This document shows, piece by piece, positions 7,770 to 14,706 of a stretch of 36,211 nucleotides of DNA. The position numbers were made by a program, and so were the translations under genes. The stretch's first letter is position 1. Each line of letters starts with the position of its first letter. The stretch lies in the NCBI GenBank assembly GCA_943354205.1, contig CALRBJ010000004.1:1-36211 (forward strand), given 5' to 3'. Origin of the DNA: Candidatus Nomurabacteria bacterium (GTDB lineage Bacteria; Patescibacteriota; Minisyncoccia; Phycocordibacterales; UBA9973). The notes beneath the pieces were generated by a model. It saw only the letters and a program-made list of their open reading frames with translations, was not told the DNA's origin and searched no databases.

Positions 7770-9056
7770 ATGAAAACCAAACTCGAAACTAATTTAGAGA
7801 CCGATTACGATGTTATCGTGGTTGGTGGCGGCGCATCAGGCATGATGGCGGCTTATACAGCCGCACTGCGCGATTTGCGAGTGTTGGTAATAGACAAGAA
7901 TAAAAGACTTGGTGAAAAGCTCTCGATCACTGGTGGTGGGCGATGCAACATCACCAATGCCGAGGAGGATGTACACACATTTTTAAAAAATTACGGCAAA
8001 GCAAATAAATTTTTATATTCGCCATTCTCCCAATTCGGCGTGAAAGACACTTTTGATTTTTTTGAATCACATGGTTTACCGCTCGTGGTCGAAGCTCGCA
8101 AGCGCGCTTTTCCAGAAACCATGAGCGCTGAATCGGTGCGCACTCTCATGGAAAAACTTTTAAAGAAAAGGGGAGTAGTGGTCAAACTCGGCCGACCGGT
8201 TAAAAAGATAATGCGCGATGAAAACGGAGTGACTGGTGTAGTCGTCGATGGCACCACCTATATTGCAAAGACCTATATCCTCGCCACTGGGGGCCTCTCG
8301 CATGCCGAGACGGGTTCTTCTGGCGATGGCTTCGGCTGGCTCTCCGATTTGGGGCATACCGTGGCCGAGCCGACCCCGTCTATCGTGCCCCTTTCTGTAA
8401 AAGATTCCTGGGTGCACAAGCTATCGGGTGTATCGCTCTCGTTTATGAAAATAACCTTTTTTGAAAATGCCCGCCCGGATGACCCGGTCGGACGGGGCGT
8501 GAAAAAATTCCAACGCAAAGGCAAAATTTTATTTACTCACTTTGGCCTCTCCGGCCCACTTATTTTAAATAGCGCGCACGCTGTAGCTGATTTATTTCAC
8601 GCCGGTGTGGTAACGGCCACGATAGACATGTATCCCGACACCGACATTGGCACCCTGGAATCTAAAATCATAAAAATATTTGATGCGAACAAAAATAAAA
8701 TTTTCAAAAGCGTGATAAAAGAGTGCGTGCCCGAGGGCATGACCGAAGCCGTGATTTCCAATTCTAAAATAGACAGCGCCAAAAAAGTGCACAGCATCAC
8801 CCGCGAAGAGCGCCGAGCATTTGTAGAGCTTTTGAAAGCCATGCCGCTCACTATCACCGGCCTCATGGGCTACGACCGCGCGGTTATCGCGGATGGGGGA
8901 GTATCGCTCTCCGAAGTAGATATGCGCACGATGCGAAGCCTCAAGTGCCCAAATTTGGCTATCACCGGCGACCTACTACATGTAAATCGCCCATCGGGAG
9001 GCTTTTCGCTCCAGCTGTGCTGGACTTCAGGCTATGTAGCGGGCATGCATGCCTAG
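7770..9056 (+). CDS. HI0933/BaiN-family NAD(P)/FAD-dependent oxidoreductase
   Basis: YDVIVVGGGASGMMAA dinucleotide fold, ITGGGRCNITN, LFTHFGLSGP. Carries in-frame repeat copy A at 8460-8507. Confidence 0.9.
   Translation: MKTKLETNLETDYDVIVVGGGASGMMAAYTAALRDLRVLVIDKNKRLGEKLSITGGGRCNITNAEEDVHTFLKNYGKANKFLYSPFSQFGVKDTFDFFESHGLPLVVEARKRAFPETMSAESVRTLMEKLLKKRGVVVKLGRPVKKIMRDENGVTGVVVDGTTYIAKTYILATGGLSHAETGSSGDGFGWLSDLGHTVAEPTPSIVPLSVKDSWVHKLSGVSLSFMKITFFENARPDDPVGRGVKKFQRKGKILFTHFGLSGPLILNSAHAVADLFHAGVVTATIDMYPDTDIGTLESKIIKIFDANKNKIFKSVIKECVPEGMTEAVISNSKIDSAKKVHSITREERRAFVELLKAMPLTITGLMGYDRAVIADGGVSLSEVDMRTMRSLKCPNLAITGDLLHVNRPSGGFSLQLCWTSGYVAGMHA
8460..8507 (+). repeat. GC-rich palindromic in-frame module, copy A (encodes FENARPDDPVGRGVKK)
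   Basis: 38/40 nt identical to 22327-22366 in the same codon phase. Imperfect hairpin gcccgcccgg...ccggtcggacggggc. Confidence 0.9.
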
Positions 9057-9065
9057 TGCTATACT
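9057..9065 (+). promoter_or_regulatory. Extended -10 TGCTATACT, 6 nt before ATG 9072
   Basis: Matches the window-wide grammar of TGnTAnAnT plus 6-7 nt plus ATG. Confidence 0.6.
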
Positions 9066-9071
9066 AAGCGC

Positions 9072-9437
9072 ATGATTATAATATTTTTTATCGGGTGAGT
9101 TTTACTAGGAGGTTACTTTATCTATTCCGGCTACAACCATTTTAAAAAATTGGATGCCATGACTGCGTATGCAAAGATGAAGGGTGTTAAACATCCCAAA
9201 ATTGCGACTCAAATCACCGGGGGTATGCTTCTTTTGGGTGGAGCTCTCTTGGTTATAGGGCTCAAAATGAAAATCGGGGTCATTATTCTATCTATATTTA
9301 TGATCGGTGTTTCGTTCATGATGCATGCTTTTTGGAAAATAAAAGATCCGGCATTGCAGGCAACTGAAAAAATGGCTTTCTTGAAAAACATGGCTCTCTT
9401 GGGCGCGCTTCTGATGCTTTTCCACACGTTGTGGTAA
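9072..9437 (+). CDS. DoxX-family membrane protein interrupted by an in-frame TGA at 9096-9098 (recoded codon, or a very recent pseudogene)
   Basis: MIIIFFIG-TGA-VLLGGYFIYSGYNHFKKLDAMTAYAKMKGV... is continuous with track ORF 9150-9437. DoxX-like HAFWKIKDP...FLKNMALLGALL. No in-frame ATG, GTG or TTG between 9099 and 9149. Confidence 0.6.
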
Positions 9438-10060
9438 TCGCCCCGATGCAATTTACAAAAGAAGAAAAATCTTTATTCAAAAAATTAAACACACCGGGCA
9501 AGGTGCAGGATTTTTTGAATGCTATTCCGGCCAATTTTGAGAGCGATGGTTGGGCTTCTTTTAAATCGCCCCTCCTGGTGCTTCGCACACACTCCGCGCA
9601 CTGTTTTGAAGGCGCGGTTTTGGGGGCATATATACTTTCGCTTCATGGATATAAACCACTCGTGCTCCACTTAAAAGCCAGAAAGCCTGATTGGGACCAT
9701 GTGGTCGCTCCGTTCAAAGAAAATGGCTATTGGGGCGCGCTTTCAAAAACAAACCATGCCGTGTTGCGCTATCGCGAACCGGTTTACAAAAATATTCGTG
9801 AGCTCGTGATGTCCTATTTTCACGAATATTTTACTGATGATGGTCGTAAAAATTTAGAAAGTTATACCGATCCGCTAAATCTAAATATTTTTTCTGATAA
9901 TTGGGCCGAGAGCGGAGACCCACTTTGGGGTATAGACGAAGCGTTGGATGAAATGAAACACCACAGTATAATTCCTAAAAAAAGCTTGAAAAACAAGCGT
10001 TTAGCAGACAAAATAGAAATAGAAGCGGGTAAACTCGTGGAATGGAAAAAGAAGAAATAA
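9431..10060 (+). CDS. Hypothetical protein, possible transglutaminase/papain-fold Cys-His enzyme
   Basis: 209-aa ORF; the start could instead be ATG 9446. Candidate catalytic AHCFEGAVLGAY and DWDHVVAP. The family assignment is only a guess. Confidence 0.65.
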   Translation: MVIAPMQFTKEEKSLFKKLNTPGKVQDFLNAIPANFESDGWASFKSPLLVLRTHSAHCFEGAVLGAYILSLHGYKPLVLHLKARKPDWDHVVAPFKENGYWGALSKTNHAVLRYREPVYKNIRELVMSYFHEYFTDDGRKNLESYTDPLNLNIFSDNWAESGDPLWGIDEALDEMKHHSIIPKKSLKNKRLADKIEIEAGKLVEWKKKK

Positions 10061-10075
10061 TATGGTAATCTAAGT

Positions 10076-10105
10076 GCGTCGCGCCTCAATGGACGATTGC
10101 GCGAC
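10076..10105. promoter_or_regulatory. GC-rich inverted repeat gtcgcgc-N14-gcgcgac just upstream of dnaJ
   Basis: 7-bp perfect arms at 10078-10084 and 10099-10105, 20 nt before ATG 10125. No T tract. dnaJ lacks the TGnTAnAAT promoter seen on its neighbours. Confidence 0.3.
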
Positions 10106-10124
10106 ATGATTTCGGCTAAATCAC

Positions 10125-11207
10125 ATGGCAAAAGACTATTACAAAACATTGGGCGTAGAAAAAAATGCTTCAAAAGAAGATATAAAAAAAGCTTTTCACA
10201 AGCTCGCGCACAAATATCACCCAGATAAAAACAAAGGTGATGATGCGAAATTTAAAGAAGTGAACGAAGCCTACCAAACTCTCTCGGACGAGCAAAAGCG
10301 CGCGAGCTACGACCAGTTTGGCGAAGCCGGCGCGCAAGGATTCCCGGGCGGAGGCGCGGGCTTTGGCGGTTTTGACTTTTCTGGTTTTCAAAATGGCGGC
10401 GCCCAAGGTTTCGACATGGGCGATCTTGGCGATATTTTTTCTGATTTCTTTTCCGGCGGTATGGGCGGGGGCCGAGCACAGGCACGCCGAGGCCGAGACA
10501 TTTCTACCGAAATTTCTATCCCATTTTCCGAATCCATTTTCGGCGTCACTCGCAAAATTTTAATTACAAAAGTTTCTACCTGCGAGACCTGTACCGGTAG
10601 TGGCGCCAAACCAGGCACAAAAGAAAAAACATGTACGAAATGCAACGGCAAGGGAAGCATCCGTGAAAACCGCCGCACCATTTTCGGCACGGTAGCCACC
10701 ACTGCCGTGTGCGATGTGTGCCACGGCTATGGTAAAGTGCCGGAAGAAAAGTGCCCTACATGCAAAGGCCATGGCGTGCTTCGCAAAGAGGAAGAAATTT
10801 CTCTCAATATTCCTGCCGGCATAAACAATGGTGAGATGATTCGTATGCCTGCCATGGGCGAAGCTATTGCGCACGGGCAAACCGGCGATTTGTATATAAA
10901 GGTGAATGTGGGTCGGCATCCAGTGTTTACCCGCGAGGGCAACAATTTGGTGATGGATTTGAATATCAAGCTCTCCGATGCCTTGCTCGGTGCTGAATAC
11001 ACGATTGAAACCTTGGATGGAAATATTTCTGTAAAAATTCCCGAAGGCGTTTCGCCAAATGAAATCCTGCGCGTGCGCGAACGCGGAGTGCCATCATCTC
11101 GTGGCAAACGCGGGGACCTCCTCATAAAAATCCACCTCAAACTGCCCCAAAAACTCTCCCGCGACGCCCGCAAAATTATTGAGGATTTAAAAAAGGAGGG
11201 GATATAG
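10125..11207 (+). CDS. dnaJ: Co-chaperone DnaJ
   Basis: J domain DYYKTLGV...HPDKN, a G/F-rich region and four CxxCxGxG zinc-finger repeats. Confidence 0.95.
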   Translation: MAKDYYKTLGVEKNASKEDIKKAFHKLAHKYHPDKNKGDDAKFKEVNEAYQTLSDEQKRASYDQFGEAGAQGFPGGGAGFGGFDFSGFQNGGAQGFDMGDLGDIFSDFFSGGMGGGRAQARRGRDISTEISIPFSESIFGVTRKILITKVSTCETCTGSGAKPGTKEKTCTKCNGKGSIRENRRTIFGTVATTAVCDVCHGYGKVPEEKCPTCKGHGVLRKEEEISLNIPAGINNGEMIRMPAMGEAIAHGQTGDLYIKVNVGRHPVFTREGNNLVMDLNIKLSDALLGAEYTIETLDGNISVKIPEGVSPNEILRVRERGVPSSRGKRGDLLIKIHLKLPQKLSRDARKIIEDLKKEGI

Positions 11208-11230
11208 GAGTAGCTATATTACGTTTGGTA

Positions 11231-11239
11231 TGTTATAAA
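11231..11239 (+). promoter_or_regulatory. Extended -10 TGTTATAAA, 6 nt before ATG 11246
   Basis: Fits the leaderless spacing and supports ATG 11246 over the track's TTG 11225. Confidence 0.5.
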
Positions 11240-11245
11240 TTTCTT

Positions 11246-12052
11246 ATGAAAAAGTATCTTTTAATGATAGTTTTGACTGTTATCGTTGCGCCATCGGTTG
11301 CTCTTGCTTCTTGGTGGAATCCATTTTCATGGAAGATTTTTTCGCATAAAAAAGACGTTGTACCACAGACTAATCAAGTTGTAGTCGATCAAATAATAAC
11401 GACTTCTCCTATTGAGAAAAAAAATAAAAATACTAAACAAGAAACGTCGAATATTCCTATAATTAAAGAAAAAGAACCTGCGCCTACGCCTGTTACTGAT
11501 GTTTGTAATAATATTGGTGGAATTCAAACTACCGTTCCTGCTGGATGGTATTTATCTGAAAGTAATATATGTAAAATTATTTCCCATGATAATCAAACTA
11601 ATATTCCAATCGCAGAAATACCAGCACCGTTAATTTCACCAGGGTTAACAAAATTTACAAATAAGGATAATATTTCTTATGCATACTTTATAATTGATAA
11701 TACTTCCGATAAATTACTTGAAATAAATGGTATAAACTTTAATTTGGTTAGTAATGATCTAAGGGTTTCCGGTTATGATCTTGCTCTCATTTCAACTGAA
11801 GGCAAGGAAAATTCTTCCTTCATCCCTCTGGGTAGTTACCATAACTCTGAGTATTCATATAATTTTGATTATCCAGTATTTGTTAAATCAAACTCGAGTG
11901 TAAATTTATTTGTTGCCTTTAAATCATTAAGTGGAACTTTGGAATTTAATAAAACTTACGTGGAAGCAACAATAACTAAAATAAAATCTAATACACCTAC
12001 CGAATTTAAATACTTACCAGTTAGTAGCAAGGCAATATATGTTCATCAATAA
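11246..12052 (+). CDS. Secreted hypothetical protein
   Basis: Signal peptide MKKYLLMIVLTVIVAPSVALA followed by SWWNPFSW. Lys/Thr-rich linker. Markedly AT-rich. No recognisable domain. Confidence 0.7.
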   Translation: MKKYLLMIVLTVIVAPSVALASWWNPFSWKIFSHKKDVVPQTNQVVVDQIITTSPIEKKNKNTKQETSNIPIIKEKEPAPTPVTDVCNNIGGIQTTVPAGWYLSESNICKIISHDNQTNIPIAEIPAPLISPGLTKFTNKDNISYAYFIIDNTSDKLLEINGINFNLVSNDLRVSGYDLALISTEGKENSSFIPLGSYHNSEYSYNFDYPVFVKSNSSVNLFVAFKSLSGTLEFNKTYVEATITKIKSNTPTEFKYLPVSSKAIYVHQ

Positions 12053-12119
12053 ATAAATTTATTCTACTAGTAATATTAGTGAAAACAACTTGTGCGGGAA
12101 TCAAAAAAATAATATAAGA

Positions 12120-12860
12120 TTATTTCGCACCAGATAAGTATTCACATAATCTATACCCTAAATTAGTTAGCCTAAATTTTCCACCATTTCTAAAAACCTC
12201 AACTTCATCGTATTTATCCTCAGGTAAGGGATCAAGTGTAAGTAGCATCTTTTTTACCTTTTTTGAATATCTTGGTAATATTAGAGATAATTTAATGAGA
12301 TTTTCCTCTCTATTAGTTATTAATTCTGGAATTTTGTGGCCAATTTGGAGAGCCACAGAAGAAGCCCATATTTCTGGGTTGTCGGTCCGGATATTTTCTT
12401 GTGTAACAATTTCACTCTGATTTGAAGCTATATCATATGAAGCTTTCAGGATTAGTATATCTTGTCCTGTTAATTGTTTACAAATTTGCATAAATTGATA
12501 TGCTAAAGATTGTTCCTGCTCCGTGGAATCTTTTTTAATTGAGCGAAAGAATATAGATTTCATAGCTTTTAGAGTTTCTTCATCAGGATTTTCTTCGTCA
12601 ATAAATTTAAGGATCTCGTAAAATGAAGAACAATCTGAAACACTAACTTCATCTTTTATTTCTTTGTTTTTATTTTTTTGTATGCATTCTCTCACGAACT
12701 CAGAGATTTTTTTAGTAACAATAGCTACGCCAACACTAGCGATAGCCATCCTGGGGTCAGTAATTGTTGTTGGAGTAAGAAAGCCCGTTAGGTCTGGCAA
12801 TAAAGACAACCCTGTTTCTTTTAAACTACCATTTTTGATTTTTATTTTTTTGTTTACCAT
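12120..12860 (-). CDS. Hypothetical 246-aa protein, faint resemblance to Abi-alpha/DUF4393-type proteins
   Basis: Clean ORF, markedly AT-rich and convergent with the preceding gene. It lacks the local leaderless promoter grammar. The segment EETLKAMKSIFF...FMQICKQLTGQDILILK recalls, from memory only, the DUF4393 pattern. Confidence 0.6.
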   Translation of the reverse strand: MVNKKIKIKNGSLKETGLSLLPDLTGFLTPTTITDPRMAIASVGVAIVTKKISEFVRECIQKNKNKEIKDEVSVSDCSSFYEILKFIDEENPDEETLKAMKSIFFRSIKKDSTEQEQSLAYQFMQICKQLTGQDILILKASYDIASNQSEIVTQENIRTDNPEIWASSVALQIGHKIPELITNREENLIKLSLILPRYSKKVKKMLLTLDPLPEDKYDEVEVFRNGGKFRLTNLGYRLCEYLSGAK

Positions 12861-12973
12861 AAATTATGTAATCCCTGTGTCACAAATCACTAAGTCTGCT
12901 CGCATGATTACACGCTGTGCGGTCTAAGTGTTCGCGACCCCGGCTCGGCTTGCTTCGCAATATGCCTGCGCCT

Positions 12974-13030
12974 TCACAAAAGCGAAAAAGATTAAAGCAG
13001 TTTAATCTTTTTGCGCTCCCGCTTTTGTGA
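12974..13030 (-). terminator. Long interrupted hairpin in the tRNA-Glu 3' trailer
   Basis: Outer arms tcacaaaagcg (12974-12984) and cgcttttgtga (13020-13030). Inner arms aaaaagattaaa and tttaatcttttt around loop gcag. The outer arm overlaps the last 3 nt of the tRNA. Confidence 0.4.
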
Positions 13031-13099
13031 CTCTACCGGGAATCGAACCCGGATTTAAAGCTTGAGAAGCTTCCGTCCTAACCGTTAGACGATAGAGCC
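13028..13099 (-). tRNA. tRNA-Glu (anticodon CUC), no encoded CCA
   Basis: Reverse complement is GGCTCTATCGTCTAACGGTTAGGACGGAAGCTTCTCAAGCTTTAAATCCGGGTTCGATTCCCGGTAGAGTCA. Cloverleaf with a 7-bp acceptor (one G-U), D arm GTCT/GGAC, anticodon loop TTCTCAA and T arm CCGGG-TTCGATT-CCCGG. Confidence 0.9.
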
Positions 13100-13114
13100 T
13101 AAAAATACCCAAAT

Positions 13115-13123
13115 ATAATAACA
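13115..13123 (-). promoter_or_regulatory. Extended -10 (TGTTATTAT on the minus strand) for tRNA-Glu
   Basis: Plus-strand ataataaca. Predicted transcription start is 8-9 nt before the mature 5' end. Confidence 0.45.
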
Positions 13124-13144
13124 CTTTTTTAAAAATTCGCAATT

Positions 13145-13153
13145 TGGTATAAT
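13145..13153 (+). promoter_or_regulatory. Extended -10 TGGTATAAT, 11 nt before ATG 13165
   Basis: Exact TGnTATAAT, divergent from the tRNA promoter. Confidence 0.55.
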
Positions 13154-13164
13154 TTCTGTATTAC

Positions 13165-13701
13165 ATGATTTACTTCATACGACATGGGGAGAGCGAGGCG
13201 AATGCGCGAAAGGTTTTTGCCGGCCAGCGGGATGATTCGTTGCTCACGGAAACCGGTCGGGAGCAAGCGCGGGCCACAGCTGAGGAAATTAAAAAAGAAG
13301 GGATTAGAATTGACAGAATAGTTTCTTCGCCACAAAAAAGAACTATGGAAACCGCTCAAATTGTGGCAAAAGAATTGGGTTACGATATTGAAAAAATAAT
13401 TCCCGATCCGCGAGTGATGGAATATGACATGGGTGATATTACTGGAACGCCGTGGCATGAAGTTTCATCTCAACAAATGATTTCTGGCGGCGGTGCAGAA
13501 AATCCTCAATATTTCTTAAAACGAATCTCTAGTTGTGTTGAAGATTTACAAAAGTTAGACGGCAATACACTTCTTTCTTCTCATGGAGGCGTTGGTAGGG
13601 TTTTGGAATCTATAAAGCAGGGAGTAAAAGTAGAAAATTTTTACGATATTCCGGTATATAAAAATGCTACCGTTATAGAGCTTGATTGGATAGAAAAATA
13701 A
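13165..13701 (+). CDS. Histidine phosphatase family protein (phosphoglycerate-mutase-like)
   Basis: IYFIRHGESEAN catalytic RHG motif, TETGREQA and a downstream SSHGG. Confidence 0.88.
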   Translation: MIYFIRHGESEANARKVFAGQRDDSLLTETGREQARATAEEIKKEGIRIDRIVSSPQKRTMETAQIVAKELGYDIEKIIPDPRVMEYDMGDITGTPWHEVSSQQMISGGGAENPQYFLKRISSCVEDLQKLDGNTLLSSHGGVGRVLESIKQGVKVENFYDIPVYKNATVIELDWIEK

Positions 13702-13705
13702 AAAA

Positions 13706-13732
13706 CCCTCTTACGATTTTATTCGAAGAGGG
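13706..13732 (+). terminator. Possible terminator hairpin
   Basis: ccctctt-N13-aagaggg. The T tract is weak. Confidence 0.4.
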
Positions 13733-13802
13733 AGCTTTAGTTCTGCATTGACGGACTAATTTTAGAAGTGTATATTCAAAATATACCAAAGCTCTTTGAA
13801 TT

Positions 13803-14213
13803 ATGAAAAATAAAATAAAACGATACGCTTGGCTCGCCGCGCTCTTCTCGATGATTTTCCCAGCATCTCTTTGCTCGCCTGGAGAAATAAAAACTTTGTT
13901 CGCTTACTTTTGGTTGATAGGAATAGCCAATAGTTCGTTCCTTTGTGGGGTTGTTTTCTTCATTTTAAAAGAAATCGGGGAAGAAAAAATAACAAAGCCG
14001 AGATTTAGAAAAAATATACTAAGGATGATCAGAGCCCAATGCATTCTTGCCGGCACATCCTATTTAGCATTGATTTTTCTTTTTCCTCGAGCGCTCGAGC
14101 TTGGTTTCTTTCTAGGTGAGATTGTGTTGGTGGCAACTATCACTGGACCATTTTGGATTGGGTACCTAGCTGCACATTCAGTACTAAAAATTTTAGAAAA
14201 ATCTCCCGCTTAG
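13803..14213 (+). CDS. Hypothetical 4-TM membrane protein
   Basis: 136-aa ORF with hydrophobic helices. No recognisable family. Confidence 0.6.
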   Translation: MKNKIKRYAWLAALFSMIFPASLCSPGEIKTLFAYFWLIGIANSSFLCGVVFFILKEIGEEKITKPRFRKNILRMIRAQCILAGTSYLALIFLFPRALELGFFLGEIVLVATITGPFWIGYLAAHSVLKILEKSPA

Positions 14214-14228
14214 AAAAAAATTCCAACC

Positions 14229-14255
14229 AAACCGGACAATGTTCCGGTTTTTTTA
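14229..14255. terminator. Terminator hairpin aaaccgga-caatgt-tccggttt plus T tract
   Basis: 8-bp stem followed by ttttt, lying between convergent genes. Confidence 0.75.
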
Positions 14256-14291
14256 TTTGTCTACTGTAAAAACGATCGTTTTCTGGGGAAA

Positions 14292-14325
14292 TAAAAAACC
14301 CTTCGCGTTTTTAAGACGGAAGGGG
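14292..14325 (-). terminator. Minus-strand terminator after the 106-aa gene
   Basis: Minus strand reads cccttc-N14-gaaggg followed by tttttt. Confidence 0.6.
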
Positions 14326-14357
14326 AGGTTGGCCATAGTCCTCGGCGTAGTGATATT

Positions 14358-14678
14358 TTAATTTTCAATTTCCTTGCCCGAGAAATCATGGGGCCCACTA
14401 AAGAACACCACTTTCGGGTCGTCATCAATAACGAGGAGAGCGTATCTTTCATCGTCGAGCTTGCCGTACAGACTCAAAATATTGTCTTTGTGGCTTTGTA
14501 TTCTCTCACAATGAAAATCATACTCGTGTTTTTCTTCTTCTAAAACGACGACTTTTCCTTCGATAATATCATCATCGGAGGCTCTGAAATTTTGAGGTTC
14601 CCATTCTGGCGGGAATCCTAGAAGTTTGTGGGGCATTTTTTTAGCTGGTTTAAGGGACAAAAATAAGAACCGATCCAT
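14358..14678 (-). CDS. Hypothetical 106-aa protein downstream of cysS
   Basis: ORF in the same orientation as corA-cysS. No recognisable motifs. The start is uncertain because there is an internal Met at MPHKLL. Confidence 0.5.
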   Translation of the reverse strand: MDRFLFLSLKPAKKMPHKLLGFPPEWEPQNFRASDDDIIEGKVVVLEEEKHEYDFHCERIQSHKDNILSLYGKLDDERYALLVIDDDPKVVFFSGPHDFSGKEIEN

Positions 14679-14706
14679 ACGGTTCTCTGGGTGGCAGTAT
14701 AGGACT

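Noticed and set aside
7744-7773. TATAAT at 7744 followed by mini-ORF ATG 7753 (MLKYFV)
   Set aside because: The 3-nt spacing is incompatible with the local grammar. The stretch is better explained as the TGTTAAAAT promoter of the 7770 gene.
9105-9112. Perfect AGGAGGT inside the DoxX region as a Shine-Dalgarno sequence for an internal start
   Set aside because: No ATG, GTG or TTG lies 4-12 nt downstream; only an in-frame ATC is present. The other genes in the window do not use SD sequences. The bases are explained as codons cta-gga-ggt (LGG) of the DoxX first helix.
12928-12975. GC-rich segment gaccccggctcggcttgc as a duplicated tRNA 3' fragment (att site), or a further copy of the 40-nt module
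   Set aside because: It matches the tRNA T-arm and the module only patchily, at roughly 10 of 16 positions by eye. No convincing direct repeat is present.
14261-14452. 63-aa minus-strand ORF overlapping the end of the 106-aa gene and its terminator
   Set aside because: It overlaps a better ORF and two terminator hairpins, and it has no start context.
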